64,000 bases of DNA from Trichosphaerium sp. ATCC 40318 (Eukaryota > Protista > Tubulinea): contig JALMLS010000379.1 in assembly GCA_038496445.1 (NCBI GenBank), forward strand, positions 1-64,000. The letters are read 5' to 3'. Numbering within the stretch: the stretch's first letter is position 1; each line of letters starts with the position of its first letter. A program made the position numbers and the translations under genes. This document shows positions 41,418 through 54,217 of the stretch, one piece after another. The notes below the pieces were generated by a model. The model did not search any database and was not told where the DNA came from. It saw only the letters and a program-made list of their open reading frames with translations.

Positions 41418-43612
41418 ATGTGTATGTTTCAACTCACACTATGTACCTTTTTTTATTTTGTACTACAGGCTGGAGGTAATAACTGTTTCCCCCTCTTTTG
41501 TTAGCGTAGCTAAGGGGTCACATAGGTCAGCCTCTCATAGGGAGAATAGTTGAGAGCGACACTACTGGCTTTTGCGAACATTCCAAAATAATAGCTCCAA
41601 ACGACACCTCAAAGTCAGCAATAATACTTGTTCCTCCTGTATTTAGAGATCGTGCGTACTTTCCTAAGTGTTATCGTGATTTTTATGTTATTTTCTACAG
41701 CTGATGACTTCTATCGCGATACCGATAACGTGGTTGTATCGAAGATAGTACTCACAGTATCAAATAAGGCTTCAGGGCCTGTATCTGGCTCAGTACACGA
41801 AATGATAACACCATGGTCTCCTAGTATGGACTGGGACTATTTCCCAAATAATACCGGTCCAGGCACGTGATTTTAAGATTTTTACATTTAGTTTGAAAGG
41901 TTGCCAATAAAATTGTGAACTTTCTTACTACCAAATATAAACATTTCCAAAACCTTTAAATATGACGCTAAACAGTAAGCAGTTGCGGGTATTGACTTTG
42001 TAGAGTCGCCTGTAGCGACGTACGAGGGATATACTGCAGGCGATGAGATTGAGATCGACATAACAAAAAGCATGCAAGCGTGGACGCAAAATGCCACGAC
42101 AAAAAACGAAGGGTTTTTAGTACAGACAAGTACAAATTTTACTTATTCATTTGTGATTGGAGTAATTATTAAGTCTAATCTAATTGTTCAGATGGGGGAA
42201 ACGCTGTTGATGACTTTTATTTATGCGACCCAATTAAACCTGACTTGTTTCTGTTTACGAACACGTCGAGATTCAACTTCATAGCGAACTTATACCATGA
42301 CCCACGTATGTAAAAAGACTCTTTTGTGGATCATTTTGACTTCACTTAAAAAGCTTTTTCCTGACGCTTCACGTGATTGTTTTTCTTTCTAACTTTTTTC
42401 CTAGTTGGCCAATCGCCATACCCACGTCCTGTTATCGCTTATACACGTTTTTGTGCTTTTATCGAAGGAGACCCAATAATAGGTTTGGTTATCGCTGACG
42501 CACTTGGGAAGGGAGACTTGTTTGTTAATGGAGAAATAGTTGATATGAAACTTGTATCACCCATCCCAAACACTATATGTACGTCAATTAGATTACTTAA
42601 TTTGTTATTTACTTTATTCTTTCTTGTTAGTTGGAGCTTGTATTACAGTACCTCCTGGACTTAATGCAAGTAGGATTGAGCTGTTTATAAAGTACGAATA
42701 CACAATTTATGCTACTCAACACTTCTTAGATCTACTGTTTTCGTGATTATGGATGACCTTGAATACTCGAGCTTACTTCCAAATGAAATTGGTAAGAATT
42801 GATAGGATGCAGGACTTTGTGTGTTTATTTTTGGATTAGGTTGTGAGAAATTTGAATGTGACAATCAAACAGTTGTGGTAAATGGAACTTTGGAAGGTGA
42901 GATTCTAAATGCAAGTACAATAGTGATTCAGAATGATGTTATCATCTTGGGAAGTTTAACTGTTGCTGGTGCGTGGATTTGTTTTCTTGTTTCTGTCTCA
43001 TTTGTTTATTTAAGGATCAATTACACTTGATGCAAACTCATCTTTATTGACAACACAAGGTTCTTTGTCAGCAACGGGTGGTATCAAAGTGATATTGGAT
43101 GATAGTAAAACATATTTTGATGGTGAAGAAGTCACTCGTGTGATTGCTACAGACCTTGAAGTAAACATAATTGTACTTTGCTGCTATTTACTCTTTAATT
43201 AGAACACAACAGTAGAACTTATTGGAGGAAATACACCTGTACGCTAAATTCTGATTCTGTTATATTTCTTGATTGGTGGTTCTCGTTAACCCTCATTTTC
43301 TTGTTTAGAAACCATGTCAAGTACTCCAATCAAAAGTAATAGCAACATCAGAAGGCTTTGCATTTGTTGTGTCACTCAACAATGACCCATGTCAAGTAAA
43401 TTCAGCATCTGATAATGATCAAGTAAACTATGCTGTAATCATGTCTTGTACCGCTGCAGGCATTATATTGATAGCAATCATTGTTACAGCCAGTATGTAT
43501 ATTGTCCGGTGCGTCATTTACTGGAAAAGTAGATTACTGATTTATCCCTTTTAGACAATACAAGCGAGGACGATTTTTGACTCGAACCATAACTACATCT
43601 GAAAGTATTTAA
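41418..43612 (+). CDS. DNRLRE-like type-I membrane protein family, copy 1
   Basis: Signal peptide, SKIVLTV...HEMITPW...IDITKSMQAW...NEGFLV, Cys-containing stalk, TM segment and short tail RQYKRG. Confidence 0.7.
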
Positions 43613-43829
43613 TAAATGACCAAACATTAATAAAAAAAAATCTATCTTACAGTACCAAACAAAAAGCACGTGACTTTGCTTTTGTTATTGTGAAGAGTAG
43701 TCTATGTTCATACAGACCTATAAAAAACCTTGATATTTCATTTTTAAACGGTTATTTGAATCCATTGCGAGTTGTTTAAGTCTGCCTTCTAAAAAAGATT
43801 CCTTTGCTCCAAACTTGATTTAACAGTCA

Positions 43830-46215
43830 ATGAGTATGTTTCAACTCTTTACGCTATTCTTCGTTTTGTTTGTTGTATTGCAGGTCGAAGGTAAAATGTT
43901 GTTACATTCCTTATTGACACCAAGCAACGCTTCAAAGTCGTCAATCATTCTTCTCCCACCTGTATTTAGAGGCCGTGCGTGTTTCCATCAAAGTGGCAAA
44001 GTTGTTTTTAATACAATCAGGTACAACTCAGATGCTGGAAACATCTCTGACGACTTTTATTTGTGCGACAAAGAACATCAGCCCTACTTGTTTATTTTAG
44101 GGAATGGCTCAATATTAGACTTCATAGCAAACACGTACCATGATCCACGTATGTAAAAATAATACTGTTACATTTACACTTGTTTTCCTTAGCACTTCAA
44201 AAAGCACTTAAAAAGCACATGATAAAACGGACGCTTCACATCTAGTTTATTTTTGCAGTTGGCCAATTTCCATACCCTCCTCCTTATTGTGCGTTACATG
44301 CAGATCAAAAGATTGTACTGCAAATGTACATAATGATGTGACATACAACAACAATGAATGTCACAACAACACAACAACAAAGTGACACAACAACACAACA
44401 AGCTGACGACAGTGGACAAGTGCACAGTATGGCAAAATCTAATAATAGTACTACTCAATAAAAAGAACAAAGTTCGCTGTTCTCAAACTTTGAACCAGAA
44501 AAATCAATCCACACGCCAGATAAGCCAGAAAAAAAGACGTACGTTTGAGTTTGTGCGTTTTGGTAGTTTTCACTCACATGTTATTTTAGGCTGCACTTTT
44601 ATCCTCGAAGGTACACCACACACAAAGATAATGCTAATTTGATTAGTTTAGCGGAAAAGGCTACTCTGGATTTGTGAATAAGTGCAGTTTTTTTAATGTC
44701 ATGGAGTAATATTTTCTGATTCTCAGACCATTGTGAGCTTTTACTGCACACAATGTGTACATATTTCTGAAGGCTGTGTTAAAATTGTACTGTTGTACAT
44801 TTTGTCGTCAGCTTGTTGTGTTGTTGTGTCACTTTGTTGTTGTGTTATTGTGACATTTCATTATTGTGTTGTTGTATGTCGTGTCATTCTGTGTATCTTG
44901 CAGTGCAATCTTTTGATCTGCATGTAACGCACAATATATTGCTTGTACACGTTTCTGCGTGTTTCTAGAAGGAGACCCATTTCTGCTGAAGCTATCCTTG
45001 ACGTAATCGATATGGGAGACTTGTTAGTTAATGGACAAATAGTTGATACTACAATTGTACCACCCATCTTGGACAGTATAAGTACCTCAATCAGATTACT
45101 CAATTTGTCATTTATTCTTCTTATTAGTTGGAGTTTGTATTACAGTACCTCCTGGACTTAATGCAAGTAGGATTGACCTGTTTATAAAGTACGAATAAAC
45201 AATATATACTACTAACACTATTTCTACAAAAAACTTTATTGCTGTACTGTCTTACAGTTTAACACTATTTAGATCTAGTGTTGTAGTAATCATTGATGAC
45301 CTTGAATACTCGAGCTTACTTCCAAATGAAATTGGTAATGAAATATTACGTCGCATGACATGGTTTATTTTTGGAATAGGTTGTGAGAAATTTGAATGTC
45401 AATCAAACAGTTGTAGTAAATGGAACTATGGAAGGTAAAATTTTCAATGCAAGTACAATAGTGATTCAGAATGATGTTATCATCTTGGGAAATTTAACTG
45501 TTAATGGTGCGTGGATTCACCGCTATTTTTTAGGTATCTCGTTCTTGTTTCATTCTCATTTGTTTTGTTTAAGGATCAATTACACTTGATGCAAACTCAT
45601 CGTTATTGACAACACAAGGTTCCTTATCAGCAACGGACAGCATAAAAGTATTATTGGATGATAGCAAAACATATTATGATGGTGAAGAAGTTACTCGTGT
45701 GATTGCTACAGACCTCAAAGTAAGCACATAGACTATTACAATATTTTTACATTTAATTCACTTAATTAGAACACGACCATAGAACTTATTGGAGGAAGGT
45801 CACCTGTACGCTAAACCTTTCTTTATATATTGTATTGTAGCGCTTCTTGTTAAATCTTATTTTGTTGTTTAGAAACCATGTCAAGAACTCCAATCAAAAA
45901 TAATACCCACGTCGGAAGGCTTTGCATTTGTTGTATCACTCAACAACGATCCATGTCACGAAAACTCTTCTGATCACGTAAACTATGCTATTGTCTTGTC
46001 TTGTATTGCTGTTGGAGTTATAGTTATAGCTGTCATTGTCGCTGTCGTCATGTATGCTATCCAGTACGTCATTTTACAATCAAAGTCGTTAAATCCTCAT
46101 TTATTCTAGACAAAACAAGAGAGGACGATTTTCCATTCAAAGCTTTATGACAACTACTGAGGACGTACTTTGCAATAATGAAAACATCACAACAAACGGC
46201 TCTAAACATCGCTAG
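43830..46215 (+). pseudogene. Family copy 2, pseudogene
   Basis: Central exons deleted, MITE inserted in an exon, TAC>TAA near 45196 and a 2-nt deletion near 45398 relative to copy 1. Confidence 0.8.
44287..44934. mobile_element. Non-autonomous TIR element (Tc1/mariner-type MITE), 648 bp, TA target duplication
   Basis: Ends TTGTGCGTTACATGCAGATCAAAAGATTG / CAATCTTTTGATCTGCATGTAACGCACAA, with imperfect TIRs of ~130 bp. TA at 44285-86 and 44935-36. Excision restores the codons P-P-Y-I-A seen in paralogs. Confidence 0.92.
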
Positions 46216-46523
46216 CTCATAAAATCTATCAAATAAATTGTCTTGTTTTGTAACTTCAAATCAGGAGATGGTTACACTATCACGTTAGTACTTATCAAAC
46301 AATTCAAATACAATTATTTTCTCTTATGTCTGTTTACTGAAAAATAATGTTTTGTGCATTCTTTGAATGATAAAGCTTGCAACAACAAAGTTACAAAATA
46401 TTAAAACAAATTCCACACTCTAGAGATGGGAATAATAATGCTATTTACAAAAACCCCCAAAATGTGTCATTCTCTGTATCTTGTATCTTTTTTTTCTTGG
46501 TTTTTTCTTCCTTTTACCTTGCT

Positions 46524-49500
46524 TTATCTAGAACTACGAAGATTTTTTTCTCCTTCAACATCAGTAGTTGTTGCCTTTACTCGCTTTTTTCTACTCGATT
46601 TGTCCTTCTTCTTTGCGGCTTTCTTATCAGCTTTAGATGGCTTATCCTTCGTTCTCTTCTTCTTTGGCGTTCCTACAAACAAGTTTAAACATAATTCATC
46701 CGTAATACTCAAAAAAGCCCTTTACAAGCTCTGATAGCTTACCTCGGACTTCAGATGATAGAGATTTAGACGATTTGCTTTTCTTTGGTGATTTTATATT
46801 CGATCTAGAGGATTTACTCTTAGGTGAAGACTTAGAAGGTTCACTACTGTTAATCGATATTTTAGGCGGTTTAGTCTTTGCTTGAGCTTTTGATTGACCA
46901 TCACCTCCCTTTGCTTTAACCTCTCCTCTCATTTTTTTGCGGGAAGGCTTCTTTTCTGACTTTGGTTTGTCTGATTTTGCTTTATCGCTAGTTTTATCCG
47001 CTTTATCGCTTGTTTTATCCGCTTTACCAATACTATCTGACTTATCACTGCTTTTAGCGCTCTTTGATCCATCTTTTGCGCTGGAAATACTCTCTGCTGT
47101 AACAAACTCATCTGATTTTGATGTACTTTTGCTACAACAACATTAGGGCATGCTTAGCGTGATTTTGGGGTTTTTGTAGAATTCTACCTTCCGCCTTCTC
47201 TTGCCCAATCAATAGGTTCCTCGCCGACATCTCCTTCAGCCCATGAAGCAGATGCAGTAGAATCAGAAACAGTAACAGCGTCTACAGACGAGTTGCTTTG
47301 GTTTGTAAGCGCTAGACTCGTTTCTGCACCAGGGTGTATCCCATTACGGTCCTGTGCAGAAGATTCTGAACTCATTGTAGATGACTCGGAAGGCTACAAC
47401 GCAAAAAAGTATAAGCAATCTACAAGATCAAAGTATTGTTCCAGGATATACCTCAGAGGATGATGATGATGTTGTAGCGAGCGCTTTTGGTACAATAGGA
47501 GCTTTTTTTTCAAATGGGAATTTAAAGTCAGTAACGACGCCATCTTGCATCGCATACTTTATCGCATAGTAACAAAATAAAAATTGTTCCTTTAGGTAAG
47601 CGCGTAAGTAAAATCATCTACGCGGACATTATTCATACCCTCTGTGTGATAGAATTCGCACGTTGTGCGCGAATGTTTGATAGTGCTTCCTTTAAATTAA
47701 GATTTTTAAGGTCTGGGTTTGTTTCCGCTCGTAATTTTTTCAAAAAAGTATTAATTAAAATATACGTTCCAGTCCTACCAATACCAGCGCTAGTTATAAT
47801 AAGCATGTTATAAATACTATAATCAAATTACCTGCAATGCACCACATACGGACGCGGCCTACAAAAGCCATTAGACACAAAAAAATACAAATCACGAAAA
47901 CGACGACTAAAAAAGAATACAAAAAAAACGCACTTGGCAGCCTTATCTCTTGCTCGCCTCTTGGCAAGTAATTTATCAACATACCCATCTACTTCTTCCA
48001 TCATTGTCAACAAGGAAGAAGGATCTCCTGGTACGCCTAAGAGCAGTTAGAAAGAAATCACAACAACCCAAACCAAAAGGGACTTACCGTGATCTGGCCA
48101 ACCAACATAGTGATATTGTATAACCTTTCTCGTTTTTCCGTTCTTAAATTACTGTGAAAAAATACACAAAGGCATTTAAAAGGTGCTAACTACCTTTTCT
48201 ATTGTGAAATGTCGGGTTTTCCATTCTCCGCTTGAATGCGTTTCTTTTGAATCTAATGTTACTGTAATATCTCCATATGATTTTTCAACACGAACAGGCC
48301 AATATTGATGCGCTTTAATCTATATTGTACCGTTATTTTAAAGAATTTCAAAAAAAAAATAAAAAGCAACCTTCTTAGTAGGACCTTCTTCTAATCGCGT
48401 CAACATTATTACAACAGGCATATGATACCGCCAAATCATTCTAAAAAAGAAGATTACAAAAGCATACAAAAAACAGAAAATCGATATCGACAACAAACTG
48501 ACATAATCGCTTTTTGCTCAAAACAAAAAAAAAACAAAGAAAGCAATAAATTAATAGCACGCTCTACATACCGCCAAAAATCATAAAACGTCCCAGGAAG
48601 TGGTCCTTGTGTTGCTACGTATAATTTCTCGCTATCTTCATGGATACCCTGTAGCATTGAGAGCGGTTAATAACAAAAAAAAAATGATGATGAAGAAATC
48701 CTGCAAAACAAAAAAAAAAAATAAAAGAATTCGTATGAGATTTATTCAACGAAACTTTAAAGTAAGGAGTGAGAGTATGTATATTTTGCATAGCGTTGTG
48801 GTTATCAAAAATAATCTTGTATTTCAAGCGTGATTCTATCGACTAGAAGGGAGCTTTTATCGTATTTATGGCAACAAAACCTGAAAAAAAAAAATATGGA
48901 AGCCTGTGTTTGTTTTAAAGGCGTAGAAAGTTAACATTGTAATTTTTGCGTGTACCGATACGTAGTTTCCGTTAATGTAATCAGAGTTAGGATCTCCACC
49001 TAGTTTAGGTAATTTCACGCGCGTTGATTCGACTATACGGAGGGTTAGTATAATTAGTCTATTAAGATATTATGCTCTTTTTTTTGTTTTATATTCTTAA
49101 TTTTGAGCGCTTAAAGTGCCAAGTACCTGCTAGAATGCCTGTGTACCGGTTTTTATCAAGGTTCTCTTTTTTAAGAGATGCTGCATAATTTGATTCTTTA
49201 AACGACTCTGCCCGCTTTGATTGCTCCATTTGTAATTGCTACAGATAAAAACATAAATTTCTGAGCCAGGCTTTTTTGTTTACTTGCCTGCCATTGGGCT
49301 GTATACTCTTTGAGCCTGGGATTAGCATTATCTTGCTCCTCTTCGCTTGAGCTGGAAGAACTAGACTCTTTACCGTTAACCACGCCCATTTTTCTTTAAA
49401 TTAAATAATTATAACACCAGAGCAACGTCAATGCTTAGCGCATATATTTTCGTAAAGGATGAATGCTTCAGTTTTTTTGAATAACCAAAAAATGGGCGAA

Positions 49501-49561
49501 AAAAGAAGACTCACATCTATACTTACCCTATCTTCTTCGTTGAGGCTCGTGGCGCGGCCAT
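46524..49561 (-). CDS. Classical protein tyrosine phosphatase with long S/K/D-rich C-terminal tail
   Basis: KNRY, DYINGNY, YVATQGP, DFWRM, WPDHGVP and spliced VHCSAGIGRTG. Upstream micro-exon MAAPRASTKKIG joins in frame. Confidence 0.9.
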
Positions 49562-49809
49562 GGTGTGAAACAAGCAAAAAGAAATAAAAAGACTGTGACA
49601 CGTACAATGAGGTTGTTTCCTAAATGTTGACACTTAAGCATATTTCCTTACGTGCAGAACGGAGGGTACATCATGACGCTTTGCGTACTTGTTCGGTTCT
49701 ACGCTCAACCAATGCGTTGGGGCAACTACACAACAGTCCAGTGTACAAAAGTGGCGCACAAGGCCAACGCTCCTTAAATTATAGCTGCAAACTTCATCAC
49801 AGCAAAGCA

Positions 49810-51211
49810 ATGTCTCTCGAAGCAACTGAATTTGGTACGGATGATCCACGCATGGGGAAGATAATCAAAGAGGGCACGTACAAGTTACACAATACAAGTT
49901 TAATAAAAAACCGTTAGGAATGGGTGGTGACGTTGTATTTGTTGGTTTTCCACACGATGAAGGCGTCCGACGAAACGGTGGCCGTGTTGGCGCAAAAGAA
50001 GGGCCAAATGTTGTTAGAGGGTTTGTACCGAATTCCACTACGCTCTATATAACACTAGTAGCTTTGTACAGAAGATTGGGACTGTCGTAAACCCAGAATA
50101 CAAAATAGACCTGAGGTAACAACACAACGATCGTTTTTGCCCTAGTGCTTACTATGTGAACTAGAACAATATCTGTGAGCGACAGTGGCAATATAAAATG
50201 CGAAACAAGCTTAGAGGACGCACATTCAGCATTGACAGAGCGTGTTTCAACCATTTTAAAACAAGGTAAAAGCCCGAAAATTATTTTTTGGTTTGTTCTG
50301 CTTCTGTTTTCTAATTCCCTTAATTTTAGGGCGCATTGCATTCATTGTTGGTGGTGGCAACGATCAGTCATATCCTAACGCTAAAGCAATGCTTCAGTCT
50401 CTCAAAGGGTACATTTATTTTGTAGTTGGAAACGTTGTACTCACCGATTTCACAGAACGGTGGGTGTCATCAATATAGATGCACACTTGGATGTTAGACC
50501 AAAAAAAGAGGGAAAAGTACACTCTGGATCTCCTTTTCGTTTACTACTCGAAGATGGTAAGTAACAAATATGAGTTTAAAAGGTGTAAAATGTTGACTTT
50601 TTTAAATTCGTAGATGAAATGAAAACTCGTGGCACGTTTTGTGAGTTTGGCGCACAAGGTAGCCAGTGTAGTACAATTCATTGGAATTATGTTTTATCTC
50701 ATAAAAATGCTTCAATAGCCGGTTTTAATAGCCTGAGAGTACGATTTTAGTATACTTGTTTTCTTGTTAACAAAATTTTTCTAGAAGAGTTCAACAAGTG
50801 TTTTGGATGCGTTCAAGAACGAGGAATGTATGAAAAAGGATAATGTTTTTGTATCGTTCGATATTGATTCTATTAATGGCGCAGACTGTCCGGTATGAAG
50901 CTTTTGTAAAACTTGTTGATTTTTTCACGTTTTTTTTTCTGTGCATGCCACTCTCATCTTTTTTGCTTTTAGGGCGTTAGTTGTCCAGCAAACGTTGGAT
51001 TCTCATCTCAGGAAGCGCTAGATATTTGTTTTGCTGCTGGTTCGAACCCAAAGGTACGCGTTGAAGAGTCTTGGAAGCAAGTTAATAAATAATTGATTAG
51101 GTTCGATTGATGGATGTTTCTGAGTTTAACCCTACTGTTGAATCATATAGAACTGGTAGATTGGTTGCTCAGATGTTCTACCACTTTCTTCTTGGTGTTG
51201 CTTCACGCTAA
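49810..51211 (+). CDS. hutG: Formimidoylglutamase (arginase/ureohydrolase family)
   Basis: [52 protein letters not shown]...PGVS. Confidence 0.88.
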
Positions 51212-51404
51212 CACTCCGCTGTTGTAGTTATAAGGGTCGGTGCTCTAAAGCAACATAGACCATTAATAGACGCTTACAATAAAAACAAAAAGTACAACAT
51301 AGTCGTCATTGGGAGTTGAATAATTACGTACTTCTTGCAAAACAAGAAATTTATTTATTTATTTATTTGATAAGTGCAACGAGCTACTGCGGTTTTATCT
51401 GGAC

Positions 51405-53549
51405 CTACTGATCAAATGTACTTGAATCAGCAGTTTTCATAATGGTTTGAATGGAAAATCGTCCTCGCTTGTGTTGTCTAAGGAGATAAAAATGTTAATA
51501 CTATGTATGGAGAGAATGACGTACCGGACAATATACATAATGACTGCAACAATGATTGCTATGAATACAATGCCTGCAGCGGTACAAGACATGATTACAG
51601 CATAGTTTACTTGATCATTATCAGATGCTGAATTTACTTGACATGGGTCATTGTTGAGTGACACAACAAATGCAAAGCCTTCCGATGTTGGTATTATGTC
51701 TGATTGGAGTTCTTGACATGATTTCTAAGCAAGAAAATAATGGTTAATACTACAAGAAATATAACAGAATCAGAATTTAGCGTACAGGTGTATTTCCTCC
51801 AATAAGTTCTACTGTTGTGTTCTAATTAATGGAGTAAATAGCAACAAAGTACAATAACGTTTACTTCAAGGTCTGTAGCAATTACACGAGTGACTTCTTC
51901 ACCATCATAATATGTTTTACTATCATCCAATAATACTTTTATACCGTTATTTACTGACAAAGAACCTTGTGTTGTCAATAAAGATGAGTTTGCATCAAGT
52001 GTAATTGATCCTTAAATAAGAACGATGAGAAAAAACCAAGAAGAACTAAAAAAAACAGCTCACCATCAACAGTTAAATTCCCCATGATGATAACATCATT
52101 CTGAATCACTATTGTACTAGCGTTAAGAATCCCACCTTCCATGGTACCGTTTACTATGACTGTTTGATTGTCACATTCAAATTTCTCACAACCTAATCCA
52201 AAAATAAACACACGAAGTCCTACATCCTTTACCAATTTCATTTGGAAGTAATCTTGTATATTCAAGGTCATCAATAATAACTATTGCGCTAGATCTAAGC
52301 TATATTACACACATTGTAAAACTGTTCAGTCGTACACAACATTTAGGTCAATCCTACTTGCATTAAGTCCAGGAGGTATTGTAATACAAGCTCCAACTAA
52401 CAAGAAACAAGAAGTAAATATGAAGCATTGATTTAGTTATGTGACGAACGTATACTGCCAGGAATGGGTGATACAATTCTCGTATCAACTCTATGTCCAT
52501 TTACTAACAAATCTCCAAGCTCGAGCGCTGTAGTGATAGCAAAAGCTATTATGGGGTCTCCTTCTATAAAAACACAAAACCTTGTATAAGCGATATAAGG
52601 AGGTGGGTAGGGAAATTGGCCAACTACGGAGAAAGTCAAAAAAACAATCACGTGCAAAGAAAGTAGTTTAACTTACTTTGTTTGTCTAAAAATGGCGAGA
52701 AAACGAAAGATTTTATGGTAACGTACAAGGGTCTTGGTATGTGTTTGCTAAGAAGTCGAATATTGATGTGTTCGCAAAAATAAACAAATCAGGTTGCTGC
52801 TCAACTGGTTCACACAAATAAAAGTCGTCAGCGGCATTTGAATCTATGTAGTAAATGTTACTATAAGCGCTTATGAAAAATATGCTGTGTTGTACTTGTT
52901 TGTATTAAAAACCCTTCATTTCGAGTAGTGGCGTTTCGATTCCACTTCTGCATGATTTTTGTTATGTCGATTTCTATATCATCGCCTGCAGTGTAGCCGT
53001 TGTACGTAGCTACAGGCGATTCTACAAAGTCAACACCAGCAACTAAATGTTCATCAGATTTACAAGGGAGAGTTGAAGGTATTTTTAGAGCTATAAATCA
53101 CGTGCCTGGACCGGTATTATTCGGAAAATAGTCCCAGTCCATCCCACGAAACCATGGTGTTTTCATTTCGTGTATTGATCCTGATATCGGTTCTGAGGTC
53201 TTATTTGACACTGTGAGTATTAACTTGGATACAACCACGTTATGCGTCTCCCGGGGAAAGTCACCAGCTTTGAAAAATAAACATACAATCACGTGAACAC
53301 TTAGGAAAGTACGTACGATCTCTAAATACAGGCGGAACAAGTACTATTGATGCCTTTGAAGTGTCGTTTGGAGGTACTAATATGGAATGATCGCAAAACC
53401 CTCTCGTTTCACTTTCAACAACTCTCCCTTCAAGAGATTGACCTAAGCGCCCTTTAAACCAACGCAAAACAGGGAAAAAACTATATACCTCCGATCTGCC
53501 ATACAAGAAACAAAAAGGTGAATAGTATAGCGAGTTGAAACGCAAACAT
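51405..53549 (-). CDS. DNRLRE-like type-I membrane protein family, copy 3
   Basis: Same exon structure as copy 1; C-terminal half nearly identical to copy 1. Confidence 0.7.
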
Positions 53550-54217
53550 ACTTGAAGTGTCAATCCCGTTGGAAAGGTACTAATTTAGAAAGAGCTGACT
53601 TAAAATACTGTAACTACTGCACCAAAATCAGTAATGTGTGTTAGCTTATTTGTTTAGATATACTTGAAAGGCGTGTGATATCTTCGTACCTTAGATTGAC
53701 TTATATCGTGAATGTACGTAATAAAAGAATAGTTCTACAATTAACTTACATTTGATCTAGATATTACAGAAAAAAAGATTTTGTGATCTTCTGAAAATGC
53801 TGTTTGCGTGAGCACATTGTTTTTTCGGGCAAATAACTACCCCGACATCTGAAACCAAAATTTACTGGTTAATATGTAACACTTCCAAGGTTTAGCGGTG
53901 GAAAGAAACGGTCCTTTCTTCAGTTTTTTTTTGACAGCATAAAATAGTATTTAATTTTACTGCGTTTAAGGACAGTATCGTAAAACAACATCGGCAAGTA
54001 GCACTTCTATACAAATGGCAGATTAGTGGTAGCACGTGCTTGATTAGCAATTCAAAAAGGTAGGTTACAATTCAAAAATCCTGATACAAGATAAACTGCT
54101 GAGGAAAGTCATAAATCCTGAAAATCTTGTTTATGAAACGTCATAGCGACAAGCACAACCAAAACCTTCAATACAACATTGCATAATTGTCTAGCTAATT
54201 GTACTTCTGCCATGTTG

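Noticed and set aside
44358-44927. ORFs inside the MITE
   Set aside because: Low-complexity translations of the TIR sub-repeats; no transposase motifs.
49519-49560. ATACTTACCC resembling the U1 snRNA 5' end
   Set aside because: It is the reverse complement of the GG|GTAAGTAT donor of PTP exon 1; no U1 stem-loops or Sm site follow.
51038-51050. tRNA T-loop-like GGTTCGAACCC
   Set aside because: Lies within a hutG exon; no cloverleaf.
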